Assembly: GCA_964187785.1 (NCBI GenBank)
Contig: OZ076413.1
Span: 48,052,001 to 48,116,000 of the forward strand
Direction of reading: 5' to 3'
Source: Amphiscolops sp. MND2022
Taxonomy: Eukaryota
Length of the DNA: 64,000 nucleotides
Under the pieces are notes generated by a model. That model saw only the letters and a list, made by a program, of their open reading frames with translations. It searched no databases and was not told where the DNA came from. The position numbers were made by a program, and so were the translations under genes. This document shows positions 36,738 to 48,657 of the stretch, one piece after another. Each line of letters opens with the position of its first letter. Within the stretch, counting starts at the first letter, position 1.

Positions 36738-38181
36738 TGACTAATATCTCCATGGAAATTAAAGTACGCGAGTATGAATAGATGATGCTAGGAGGGTATA
36801 TATAGCTTGTGCTTGTAAAATTGTTCATTCAATTTGTTTTTCAATCTGCGATCTTTAATTAAGCTCAACTTTGTTTTGTTAAAACAATAATTTTACGAAC
36901 CTCAATTCAAAATCAACAAACTTGAAAAACTTTTCATCGACAAGTCAAAAGAGAAATGCACAAAACAACGACCCTAACCGAAGTCGTAACAGTTATTCAG
37001 CAAGACAAGAGCGTTTAATGTACGTTTTGTTTCAGATCTTGCATTCATTACCCTTCATGTTACGTTGATCCAAGAAATGTTTTTTTTCTATGAGATACAA
37101 TGGATCTTCTTCATCAATCAAGTGGATCAAACAATGCTCCTGTTCACTGTGCTTTGATAAAAAAACACGAGAGGTGTCCAGACCCATATGCACTTCATGA
37201 TTAGCATGCTCAAACGTGTTGCTGTCAGTTTATTGCATCATAACATTAACATTGAAGACTTTCAAAAAATCAACGTCAAAAGCGAAAAATTGTCTACGTT
37301 GCTCCAGTTCAAAAACCGATCAGGCGTAGGACTATCTCAAGTCTTCAGAATTGAAAAACAAGCAGTAGTTTTGATAACACACATTTTGTTATTAACACTA
37401 CCTTGCCCAAGTACAGACCCGATGGTTGTTTCGGGGTAATACAACATCCTAACTAGCGTGTGTGAGTAGCAGCTAGATTATGGTAGTAAGATTTCTGAGG
37501 TAGTAAGAGCCAGCTCTAAACGTACTTGTCCCAAGATTCGGCTCTTACCCCAAGGGAATAGTACGATCAGTCTATTACTTACTTAAAGCTCAAATGACAA
37601 TTAATTCCAGGGTTCTTGAAAATCCCAATAAAACTCAATTTCACTGAAACATTTTCAAGATTCTCTGACGGTAAACTCGGTGCAATTTCATCAAGAATGT
37701 TGTCTGTAAATACCGTGTCATCGGAGCCGACATCCATTTTCGCCTTAGAGTTCGCGAGACAATCATCTCCAATTAAAAATGACAAACGTTTTACACGATA
37801 ATTTGTTTTCGCTAACTGCGCATTTCGCAAACCTTTTTCTCAGTTTCAGAACTTGAATACAGTCAACTTGAAGTTATTGAATTCTAATGTGATGAATTTG
37901 ACAAGTTTTGCAAGCCTTGGGGAGGGCCCTCGGGGCGAGCCTATAAATCCAGAAGTGTCTTCATTGGAATGTACTACAAAATGTCGAGATCTCAAAACTG
38001 ACACTGTGAATCTGCTCACACAGCTGCCCCCATTTTTTTTCTGGTGGCGTTTTCCGGTTGAACTGTTTATTGTTGACCAAAAGTGCGTTTAAAGTGTCCA
38101 TTGTTGCGTTTCTATTGTCTTTTTCAACTTTGACGCTTCAGCTCCCTTTCTGATGCATTCGAAGCGGTTCGCACGTGTTCA

Positions 38182-41100
38182 GAAATATTGCTGAGCGGTT
38201 TGTGGGGAGTGCGTTAAGTTCTTTTGGTTGAAATCGGATAAAAATTGATTGAGAAATGACTAATTTTTTGACTGGCAATTATTATGGCCCAGTTGTATTT
38301 TTATTCTACCCTTTCTATGCCATTGCACATGGCCACTATCCCGTTGTGTTTTTTCTTTTCAATCTCAGCTTTCCGTACTAATAGCCACCTTACACACCAC
38401 CAGCACAACAACACATCTCTAATGTCAACGCCCACCGTCAACGTATGCCCATTAGCGCCACAGGGCGCCCCCATTCTCTAGGTAAAAGCAACTGAACAAC
38501 TTCTGACTTCCTGAAATTCATTTCACCAGTTCATTCTCAAACGCTTTTGCTGAATTCTCATAAAAAATAATTGGTCACATGTTATTTCGGAAATACAGTG
38601 CTCTTACCGGTGGTCAGAGCCGTGACCAGTTCGGAAAGAATTCTGTAACAAGGTGCCATGTGAACTTTAACCGTGAACAGAACCAAGTAAATTGATCAGT
38701 TCGTAATCCTTCCAGCAAATGGAGCTCTCTTAAATGGACTGCAAACGAAGGGCAAAAATCATTGTTAACAGAAATATTGCTGAGCGGTTTGTGGGGAGTG
38801 CGTTAAGTTCTTTTGGTTGAAATCGGATAAAAATTGATTGAGAAATGACTAATTTTTTGACAAATTTTTCTTTTATGTGTATGTGAAACGCCTTTGTTCA
38901 GAGTAGAAAAATGTTGTGAAGAACGTCACTTCATCTTAACTTATGATGTTTTGAATGTGAGTTTGCTAACTGGTCTAAAAGTCAAAAACCTAAATGGAAG
39001 TCAAGTGTCATCCGAAGCTCATTGGAATTTTTCGCAGTGCTGTTTAATTGCAGTTGTTTAATGTCGCAACACCATTTGAAATGTTTTGACCCTTTTTGAT
39101 AGTTTTGGAACTGTCCCATCCATCCGACACCACGAAATAATTGAGTACATGTTATATCCCGCCGTTCGGGGAGATGAAAATGTACTCGCTAAGGGCAATT
39201 ATTATGGCCCAGTTGTATTTTTATTCTACCCTTTCTATGCCATTGCACATGGCCACTATCCCGTTGTGTTTTTTCTTTTCAATCTCAGCTTTCCGTACTA
39301 ATAGCCACCTTACACACCACCAGCACAACAACACATCTCTAATGTCAACGCCCACCGTCAACGTATGCCCATTAGCGCCACAGGGCGCCCCCATTCTCTA
39401 GGTAAAAGCAACTGAACAACTTCTGACTTCCTGAAATTCATTTCACCAGTTCATTCTCAAACGCTTTTGCTGAATTCTCATAAAAAATAATTGGTCACAT
39501 GTTATTTCGGAAATACAGTGCTCTTACCGGTGGTCAGAGCCGTGACCAGTTCGGAAAGAATTCTGTAACAAGGTGCCATGTGAACTTTAACCGTGAACAG
39601 AACCAAGTAAATTGATCAGTTCGTAATCCTTCCAGCAAATGGAGCTCTCTTAAATGGACTGCAAACGAAGGGCAAAAATCATTGTTAACAGAAATATTGC
39701 TGAGCGGTTTGTGGGGAGTGCGTTAAGTTCTTTTGGTTGAAATCGGATAAATATTGATTGAGAAATGACTAATTTTTTGACAAATTTTTCTTTTATGTGT
39801 ATGTGAAACGCCTTTGTTCAGAGTAGAAAAATGTTGTGAAGAACGTCACTTCATCTTAACTTATGATGTTTTGAATGAGAGTTTGCTAACTGGTCTAAAA
39901 GTCAAAAACCTAAATGGAAGTCAAGTGTCATCCGAAGCTCATTGGAATTTTTCGCAGTGCTGTTTAATTGCAGTTGTTTAATGTCGCAACACCATTTGAA
40001 ATGTTTTGACCCTTTTTGATAGTTTTGGAACTGTCCCATCCATCCGACACCACGAAATAATTGAGTACATGTTATATCCCGCCGTTCGGGGAGATGAAAA
40101 TGTACTCGCTAAGGGCAATTATTATGGCCCAGTTGTATTTTTATTCTACCCTTTCTATGCCATTGCACATGGCCACTATCCCGTTGTGTTTTTTCTTTTC
40201 AATCTCAGCTTTCCGTACTAATAGCCACCTTACACACCACCAGCACAACAACACATCTCTAATGTCAACGCCCACCGTCAACGTATGCCCATTAGCGCCA
40301 CAGGGCGCCCCCATTCTCTAGGTAAAAGCAACTGAACAACTTCTGACTTCCTGAAATTCATTTCACCAGTTCATTCTCAAACGCTTTTGCTGAATTCTCA
40401 TAAAAAATAATTGGTCACATGTTATTTCGGAAATACAGTGCTCTTACCGGTGGTCAGAGCCGTGACCAGTTCGGAAAGAATTCTGTAACAAGGTGCCATG
40501 TGAACTTTAACCGTGAACAGAACCAAGTAAATTGATCAGTTCGTAATCCTTCCAGCAAATGGAGCTCTCTTAAATGGACTGCAAACGAAGGGCAAAAATC
40601 ATTGTTAACAGAAATATTGCTGAGCGGTTTGTGGGGAGTGCGTTAAGTTCTTTTGGTTGAAATCGGATAAAAATTGATTGAGAAATGACTAATTTTTTGA
40701 CAAATTTTTCTTTTATGTGTATGTGAAACGCCTTTGTTCAGAGTAGAAAAATGTTGTGAAGAACGTCACTTCATCTTAACTTATGATGTTTTGAATGTGA
40801 GTTTGCTAACTGGTCTAAAAGTCAAAAACCTAAATGGAAGTCAAGTGTCATCCGAAGCTCATTGGAATTTTTCGCAGTGCTGTTTAATTGCAGTTGTTTA
40901 AAGTCGCAACACCATTTGAAATGTTTTGACCCTTTTTGATAGTTTTGGAACTGTCCCATCCATCCGACACCACGAAATAATTGAGTACATTTTATATCCC
41001 GCCGTTCGGGGAGATGAAAATGTACTCGCTAAAGGGCAATTATTATGGCCCAGTTGTATTTTTATTCTACCCTTTCTATGCCATTGCACATGGCCACTAT

Positions 41101-41531
41101 CCCGTTGTGTTTTTTCTTTTCAATCTCAGCTTTCCGTACTAATAGCCACCTTACACACCACCAGCACAACAACACATCTCTAATGTCAACGCCCACCGTC
41201 AACGTATGCCCATTAGCGCCACAGGGCGCCCCCATTCTCTAGGTAAAAGCAACTGAACAACTTCTGACTTCCTGAAATTCATTTCACCAGTTCATTCTCA
41301 AACGCTTTTGCTGAATTCTCATAAAAAATAATTGGTCACATGTTATTTCGGAAATACAGTGCTCTTACCGGTGGTCAGAGCCGTGACCAGTTCGGAAAGA
41401 ATTCTGTAACAAGGTGCCATGTGAACTTTAACCGTGAACAGAACCAAGTAAATTGATCAGTTCGTAATCCTTCCAGCAAATGGAGCTCTCTTAAATGGAC
41501 TGCAAACGAAGGGCAAAAATCATTGTTAACA
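38182..41531. repeat. 920-bp tandem array: three near-identical units (starting 38771, 39691, 40611) plus one internally deleted unit (38182-38770)
   Basis: GAAATATTGCTGAGCGG recurs every 920 bp, with only a handful of differences between units. Confidence 0.95.
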
Positions 41532-42195
41532 CTTACAACAGATGATTGAAAAACGGTACACTGATTTATAACTCGGACACGGATGCAGAACGTGGTGTTC
41601 CTGGGGAAAAAACAATATTTTTGTGTCATCATGAGCAGTTAACTAACTGTTTTTAGTCTTTTTTTGGCAAAGTATACGAAAAATTTTTCGCCTTGCATAT
41701 TGGAATTTTTTGTTTTTTGTCGGCATTGTCGACGAAAATTAAGAAGGGTTTTCAAAAAAACAGGAACACTATAATGAACCTCGTCTAACTAGTCGACTAA
41801 ATCGAAGATGACTTTAGTACGGTGTCTTTACATACTCGTTGACTTTGAAGTCTTAGGTTTCTGTCCTAAAAAATTGCTCTTTAACTTTGGGGAAGACTAA
41901 TCAGATTCAACTACCTCAGAGCAATCAACCATTTTCTCAACATATGAAAATTTAAACAGCACCAAAACATGAGTACGGAAAGTAATTAGTAAACCAATCA
42001 GTAATTTGTATGCGAGCATGAAGCGATGGGGAAAGGTGAATAACTGCAAACATACGAAAACGAAATCTGTCCATTTCTAGGCCACGACATAGAAAGATAG
42101 TACAATTGCGACAAAGTTTCAAGACCTGCAGTTTCAAGGCAAACGTATTCCGTTTATGACAAACATTCTAGGATTTTAAACAGAGACAATAAACT

Positions 42196-43738
42196 CCCTA
42201 GTTGAAAAAAATACAAATCTTGCAAGAATCTTGCAAGATGTCTTGCAAGATCTTGCAAGACAATGCATTTTTCTGGCAGGATTCTTGCAAGATTCTTGCA
42301 AGATATACCTCATCTTGCAAGATTCTTGCAAGATGAAACTTTAGCTTGCAAGATTCTTGCAAGACAAACATTTCTCTTGCAAGATTCTTGCAAGATATGC
42401 AATTTTTAGTTTGTTGTGTTCAGCATGTTCCAAAAAGTCCTCGTAGCATGCATCAGCCTCGTACCTTTGAAGTTCTAGTTTCACAGAAAGACAACCGTAT
42501 GGCAATTTTTTGAAAAGTCGAAAAAAGCGTGTCTTCAGAGCTCGTTTGGGTTTGAGTTACTCTATCTTTGTGGAACTCTTTACTTTGGCACGAAAAGTGT
42601 GACGTTCAAAAAGAACTGGACAAAAAACAAGTCATTGCAAGAGCCGTGCTTTTTCTCTGGAAACGTCGACTGTAAAAAAACTTAACAACTGTAACACGCG
42701 GGTTCTTTTACTGTTAACTCGTGGCCTATTTAACTTGTGAAATGAATCTCCTTTTTGGCGTGTTTTGCAAAAAACGTGCTATAAAATAAACTTGTCAGAG
42801 TGTACAGAAACCTAATTTCGTTATCAAAGCCTGTGACTCAGAAAAAGTAGGCTAGACAGAGCGGCCAAAAAACAGCTGAGAAATTGGATGAAAAGTGAGA
42901 AGGGTAGCAAAATCCGTCGAAAGATTTAATGAGTAACCAAGATGCAAAAACTGCATAAAGGGACATTTTGTTAACTCTTGAATACTTGATATTCTAGTAG
43001 ACACTCAAAAAAACCAGAACGGTTTCTCGTGAATATCCGAGAAATGCTGGATGTAACGCCCTTTCTCCAATTATTCAATCTTCGTCCAAAAAAGCAGTTT
43101 ATCACAAAATTTTTATCTTTTTCGACACCTTCCAGTGAAACGTTGGATTTGAGGACTAACTGAGATACAAAAATGAAATAGAATAAATGTTTTGGGATAA
43201 GCACTACATACATGCTATTCCTTGCTCAAGCCATTGTGGAACTCTTTGTGGAACTCTTTACTTTGGCACGAAAAGTGTGACGTTCAAAAAGAACTGGATA
43301 AAAAACAATTAATTGCAAGAGCCGTGGTTTTTTCTCCGGAAACGTCCACTGTATGAAAACTTAGTAACTGTAACATGCAGGTTCTTTTGCTCCTAAAGCG
43401 CCATTTATCTAAGAAAGGAAACGTTCACTTGTGATTTTGTCTGTTTGTGTTGTGTCTCTCTCTAGAAGGATAAATGGACAAAAAACTCTCCAGTGCCCGT
43501 GTTGGTCACTTTTAGTGTTTTTTGACAACAAAAGTTTTCTCTTCGTTTGATGTATTTCTTGCAAGAATCTGACAGAAAAAGTATTTCTTGCAAGAATCTT
43601 GCAAGATTCTTGCAAGAAATATTTTTTCTGTCAGGTTCTTGCAAGAAATGTATTTTCTGTCAGAATCTTGCAAGATTTGTATTTTTTGTCAAGATCTTGC
43701 AAGAATCTTGCAAGAATTGTATTTGTTTTCAACCAGGG
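42196..43738. mobile_element. Non-autonomous TIR DNA transposon with CCC...GGG ends and subterminal CTTGCAAG palindrome arrays (CMC/EnSpm-like, inferred)
   Basis: TIR CCCTAGTTGAAAA / TTTTCAACCAGGG (12/13 match), CT on both flanks (2-bp TSD), many TCTTGCAAGA copies at both ends, and an internal ~140-bp direct repeat (42567 vs 43246). Confidence 0.8.
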
Positions 43739-44415
43739 CTACTATTTGAACATCACTGCAGCAACATTCCAAAAAACTTAATGTCAGATGGCAGAAAATA
43801 ATAAAAATGAAATGGGGATTTAGCAAAAAGAAGAAATTTGGACTGAAAAAATAATTTTTCTGGTAGTTCGTTATCGAGGGCACTTTGGATGTTCCAACAA
43901 CGAATAAGTCTGCTGAATAGCCTTTGCTACAAAAGACTGAACACAGCGGCAGAAGCGATTTACATCATATTCCAAACAGTAGCTGATAAGTCAAAAATGA
44001 TACAATACTTTTCTTTTTTTTCAAAATGGTGAACAGCGTCAATTACTTCTAGGCTTCGTTCCAAGCAAGCGCCGGTAATTTGCTGAGAGAAGTAAATCAT
44101 GGAAAATTTCGGCAAGAAATAATTACAAGTCAACTAGCGGTAGTGTCCCATAAGTTTACTGTAATCCAATAAAACTTTAAGACAAGAAATCGAGAGCTGA
44201 GGAGGTTTTGTACATGTATTGTACATCAACACCCCGGACCATTTTATGCGGACAATGAGCGCACTAGAGTCTCCCCTGTGTGTGTGTGAAGCAGAAATGC
44301 ATACGATAGAGAACGTCACAAGACAATGCCCTGTCGTAGAAAACTCAATCAGAGATGAAATAATGACAATCATCTCAAAATATACAACTCTCTGATTTTA
44401 CTGTGGAACTCGCCA

Positions 44416-44549
44416 GCTGTTCCACGTGTTGCCGCCTAAATTTTGCGCAGTTGTTCAACGAAACCAACGAATATCATCGCGATGATATTCGTTGGTTTCG
44501 TTGAAAAACTGCGCAAAACACGTTCCACTGAACAACACGTGGAACAGCT
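44416..44549. repeat. Long palindrome / foldback (MITE-like)
   Basis: 44441-44518 is a 78-bp palindrome centred on TCGCGA with one mismatch. Outer arms are AGCTGTTCCACGTGTTG / CAACACGTGGAACAGCT. Confidence 0.85.
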
Positions 44550-45198
44550 CACGAGGAACGAAACACCTGTGTGAAAAGGTGCAAACAAGACGGGAACGTC
44601 TGAAGTCGGCGCTAAACCCAAAACGCGCAGTTTTTGAAATATGCTCAGGACATTTTTAATGAAAAACTTACAAAAAATTTTGAAACACCCAAAGAGTGCC
44701 TTTCGTGGTCGAAAAACGCTCCAGACGTTTACATATAACGTACTGGGACAAATGGGAGTGCTTGTCCTTGTTGTATGAGAGACCCAGGCAAAGGTACTGG
44801 GTAAAGTGCACCGTGCACAAAAAGTGGACCATCCAGAGTGAGGCTGCCAAAAAAACTAGTAATTGTAGTCGTCGGGCTTTTACTACTTAAAAGCAAAAGT
44901 AAAAGCGCCGTTAAAACATTAGTCAGTGGAATAGTCGGGCTCTTCTCTCTAAAAGAAAAGCACCGGCTGAAAATAAATGTTATTTCCATCATCATGCATG
45001 TTGTTTGAACATAAATAAAGGAAACAAACTATCTTCGATTTTCCGATGTTCACAACTCACCAGGCTAAGTTGTAGCCCCAGCCATTCAGTAAAGGATCCA
45101 GTACATCCGGTGTGAAGGGGAACCAAAACGTCCTTTTTGGTTTCCAGCAATTGCAGCAACTCTTCTCGCAGTAATATTTTTTGTCGAAAATATATTGT

Positions 45199-46700
45199 TG
45201 TCGTAACCGTTTTCATCATCACTTTGGTTAGAATCTATAGAATTCTCTCTGCAGTGATTTATTCGGTCACTTCTCATCGTTACTAACCTGGGAAAATCAT
45301 TTTGAACATCCATAGCCCCATGACTGACGTTTCTTGAATGCAGTCTATTTGACTGAAGGTCCTTCTGAGGATGAACCCGGCTGGAATTACCCGGAGGCAT
45401 TCCTTCTGACCGAAGGTCCAAGTTTGTATTTTTAACTGAATTTTGAGTTTTAACTGCATTTTTGATGCTTGGTAACACCTTTCTCTCTATCACGTATTGA
45501 TAGCGTCCAATATGTGGGAATTTAGGCTTGTTTGCATTTCCTCAAGTTTTCTGGACATTTGTGAAGAAATCTCAGAACTAATAGCTCTGTTAGTTTCAAC
45601 AGTCATTCCACTATTTTCACTAATATGAGTATTTAAATAAGACCTGTAATCATTTTCGTTAAGATTCGAACTATCTTCTCGTCTATTTGACTCTAAGTCA
45701 ATCTCATTCTCACTTGCTCTATTCTGTACTTCGCTGTTATATCTTTGATAACTTCCGAACATAACATCAAGATTTTCGATATCTGACAAGACGTCAGACT
45801 GACGGGAACGTTTCTCTTTGACTTTCTGCTTTCTAGTTGAAGGCATATTCAAAAGAGGAGTTTGAGTTCAACAATGAATCGTCAGAAGAAACAAATGAAC
45901 CGATTCGCGTTTTGAGTGTATTTCGTTTTATCAATGAATGATCCCCTTTACAACAAATTCCGCGTATTTATAGTTATATAAGCATGACATGCATAAATTC
46001 GCGCCTCAGGTAGCTAAATTTGGATTGAGGTCAGGCTAAATTTAGCTTTAGCCTAAATATTATGTCACCAGATTCTAGAAATAGATTGGGAGTGTTGACA
46101 TTACATCACTTTAGGGGGGGAGATATAAATAGTATCAAACTAACAATATATCAGTTTACATGTAACTAATTCTACTTCAAAAGCAACAATTCATGAGGCG
46201 GTTACTCCAATATCAACAAACTACACGTTAAATCTGACCTAGTTCACACTGCGTTCTGATTGGCTGAAGTAAAGGTTTGACTACACGTCAGTGTGACTGC
46301 AGTAGTTTGCCAGCTAAATGCGTTTCCACACTTTCATGCCTGCATTAACGTATATTAAAAACTTTCCAATTTGTTCTATAAAATAACTATGAAATAACTA
46401 CACTAAATACATTTGATGCATCGTATGAATAACAAAAGGTTGCATTATGTTGTATAAAATGATTTTAAAATCAGCACTCGTCACAGTTAGAGTATAACGT
46501 TGCTGTCCAGTTGACCTTTGGTCAAATTGTAGAAAATACATGTTGTATAAAATAGTGATTGCACTGGTTTCAAAGTTATAAACTTGCATCAGTTTAGGTA
46601 AATCTTTTTAGGTAGGCAGAAGACTTTATATGGGCAAGATCCCCGGTCCTGGGTTAGTTTGGTCACTTTCGGGCGTTATCTGATAAAAAATGCCGTCACA
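45199..46700 (-). repeat. Solo or terminal LTR of a third gypsy-like family, carrying ~216 codons of Gag N-terminus (one frameshift); upstream boundary uncertain
   Basis: Minus-strand TATAAATA at 45972-45965 and ATG at 45846 (MPSTRKQKVKEKRSRQSDVLSDIENLDVMFG...coiled coil...SDDENGYD). The reading frame reaches GGTTACGACA at 45199, with no PBS after it. Candidate start TGTGACGG at 46700; no TSD found. Confidence 0.6.
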
Positions 46701-47109
46701 GGCGGCAGGCGGCGACAATTGGATCAAAAATACCTCTCTCGATTAATAAACTGGAATAAACTTATGAGTTCGTTTTGAACAGGAAAAATTTTCTTTTTGT
46801 TTCATTAGTTATTAATTCTATTCTTTTTGCTGCCTGTATTTTTCCAAATTAATACCTCAGCGCAATTAATTCAAAGCTTATAAGCAATTTGTACGTTGTG
46901 AGTATTCCATGCAAGTTGTCAAATTTTTAGGATTGTTCACTTAATGATGTTATTAACTTAGTTTCTCTAACATATCGTAGATCAAGTAAACTTTTCAGAA
47001 CACCATCAGCTTATCTTGTGTTTTTTCGAGATTTTGACATCCCAATCTCATGTATGAATTCTACAAGCGCATACAAAGAAGTTCATACGGTCAATTGTTT
47101 GTTCGAAAT

Positions 47110-48046
47110 TGTGTTCTGAAATGTTGTCAGAGACCTTGGAAATCTTCCAGAACTTACCAGTCGCATCACTGTTCCAAAGCGAGCAGCTAAATTATGCTGC
47201 TGATTCACGGAACGCGAGTGGCGTAGAAAGTTCTGAAGAAACAGCCCTTCTTGAAATTGCCGACAAATGTGCATCTTTTTCGGATAGTGCCTTATCTGGG
47301 TGAGTTCGGGGAAAATGATTTCTAGTGGTCTCAAAAAGAGGCTATATAAAGTCTTATCTGAATGCTTAGTACACTTTTGTTATTTCCAACGGAATATTAA
47401 ATATCGCACAGTTTTTTTAATTTTAAAAATGAAAATTCGTTAATCTTATTTCATTATTCAATTTCTTACAGCTAGAAAGAAAATCATTCATTTTCAAACG
47501 TTTTATTTTGGTGTTTTTTTTTACCAGGATTTTTCAGGAAGATAATTATAGTTGGAATCATTAAGGAGTACCCAGTTTCCGCATTGTCGATGCCTTCAAC
47601 TGGTAACTCGTTTTGCGTAGTTGTGTTTTGTTAAAAACGAAGCTATCAAATCTTTGAAAACTGAGCTTTGTGTCAAAATGTTCTCATTAAGTTGTTCACC
47701 GTAACGTGTTGCTGATCATTCCAGGCACTTTGGTGGATCAGACGAAGGAACCTTGATTCCTCTGGAGGACCAGTATCTAGTTCTGGCTTTGCGACTGGAA
47801 TTAAGTCTGCAGTTTGGAAACTTGAGTGAGGTCCTTAAAAGTATTTCTCTTCTGTTGGATCTCTGGGGTGCCGAATGCGAGCCCCATGAGTGTGAAGAGA
47901 GCGAAGCAGGTGTAGTACATGCTGGGTCTGAAACTGCTCCGATACTACCAGCAAAGAGTCTGAAAGCTGCCCCTATAGTACAACAGTTGATGAGAGTAGC
48001 TGCCATCAATAAGAATCATCAACTACCGCAAAATGACGAAGAACCT
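47110..48046 (+). pseudogene. HERC2: HERC2 N-terminal fragment (partial exon 47110-47299, intron, exon 47725-48046)
   Basis: CSEMLSETLEIFQNLPVASLF and IPLEDQYLVLALRLELSLQFGNLSEVLKSISLLLDLW match the recalled HERC2 CSELLQESLDALRALPEASLF / IPLQDQHLALAILLELAVQRGTLSQMLSAILLLLQLW. A phase-2 GT-AG intron (47300-47724) joins them in frame. The first exon is 5'-truncated. Confidence 0.75.
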
Positions 48047-48246
48047 GTAAGCTTCGTTTGCTTGTTTTATTACTTGTTTCGATTTGTCACGTGTCCTTTC
48101 CCATCATATTTTAACAAAATGAGCCCGACTATTACAATGGCTTGTTTTTTTCCCTTTTTTCGTCAGACCACAGAATGTATGCGTAGTGGATACTTTTTTT
48201 TACAGAACTACTGGACCGGCAAGTGGAAACGCATCTAAGTTAGTGC

Positions 48247-48657
48247 AAAGGGTCCCCTCTTTAGTGTACTCAATTTTTAACGTAAGATACAAAACCGGAC
48301 GGGACTACAGGGTCGACATTTGTATTTGATTTTTTTTGACTTTTTTCGTCGCCAAAGGGTCCCCCTTCAAGTTTTTTGATATTTTGCAGCAAACTGAAGT
48401 TTCAAAAAGCCCAAAGGGTCTCCCCTTCCTACTTTTTCGGTACTATGAGACTCGTTTCCAAATTCTCATTTTTCTTTTTTTTTCGAAAATTTTTCGAATT
48501 TTTTTTAGATGTCTCCAAAGGTTCCCCCTTCATTTTTTTGATATTTTGCAACAAACTAAATTTTCAAAAAGTCGAAAGGGTCCCCTTTTTACAATTTTAA
48601 AAACTGCGCTTTTTGAGCCTTAGATATAGCGCCGACTTTAGACGTTGCCGTCTTGTT
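48247..48657. repeat. Interspersed repeat with AAGGGTCCCC modules; its end matches 44584-44635 in reverse orientation
   Basis: Repeated AAAGGGTCCCC motifs. GCGCCGACTTTAGACGTTGCCGTCTTGTT is the reverse complement, with few mismatches, of AACAAGACGGGAACGTCTGAAGTCGGCGC at 44584. Confidence 0.55.

Noticed and set aside
38284..41242. Repeated 65-86 aa ORFs in the 920-bp array
   Set aside because: Repeated only because the DNA is. There is no recognisable domain, and one copy is frameshifted.
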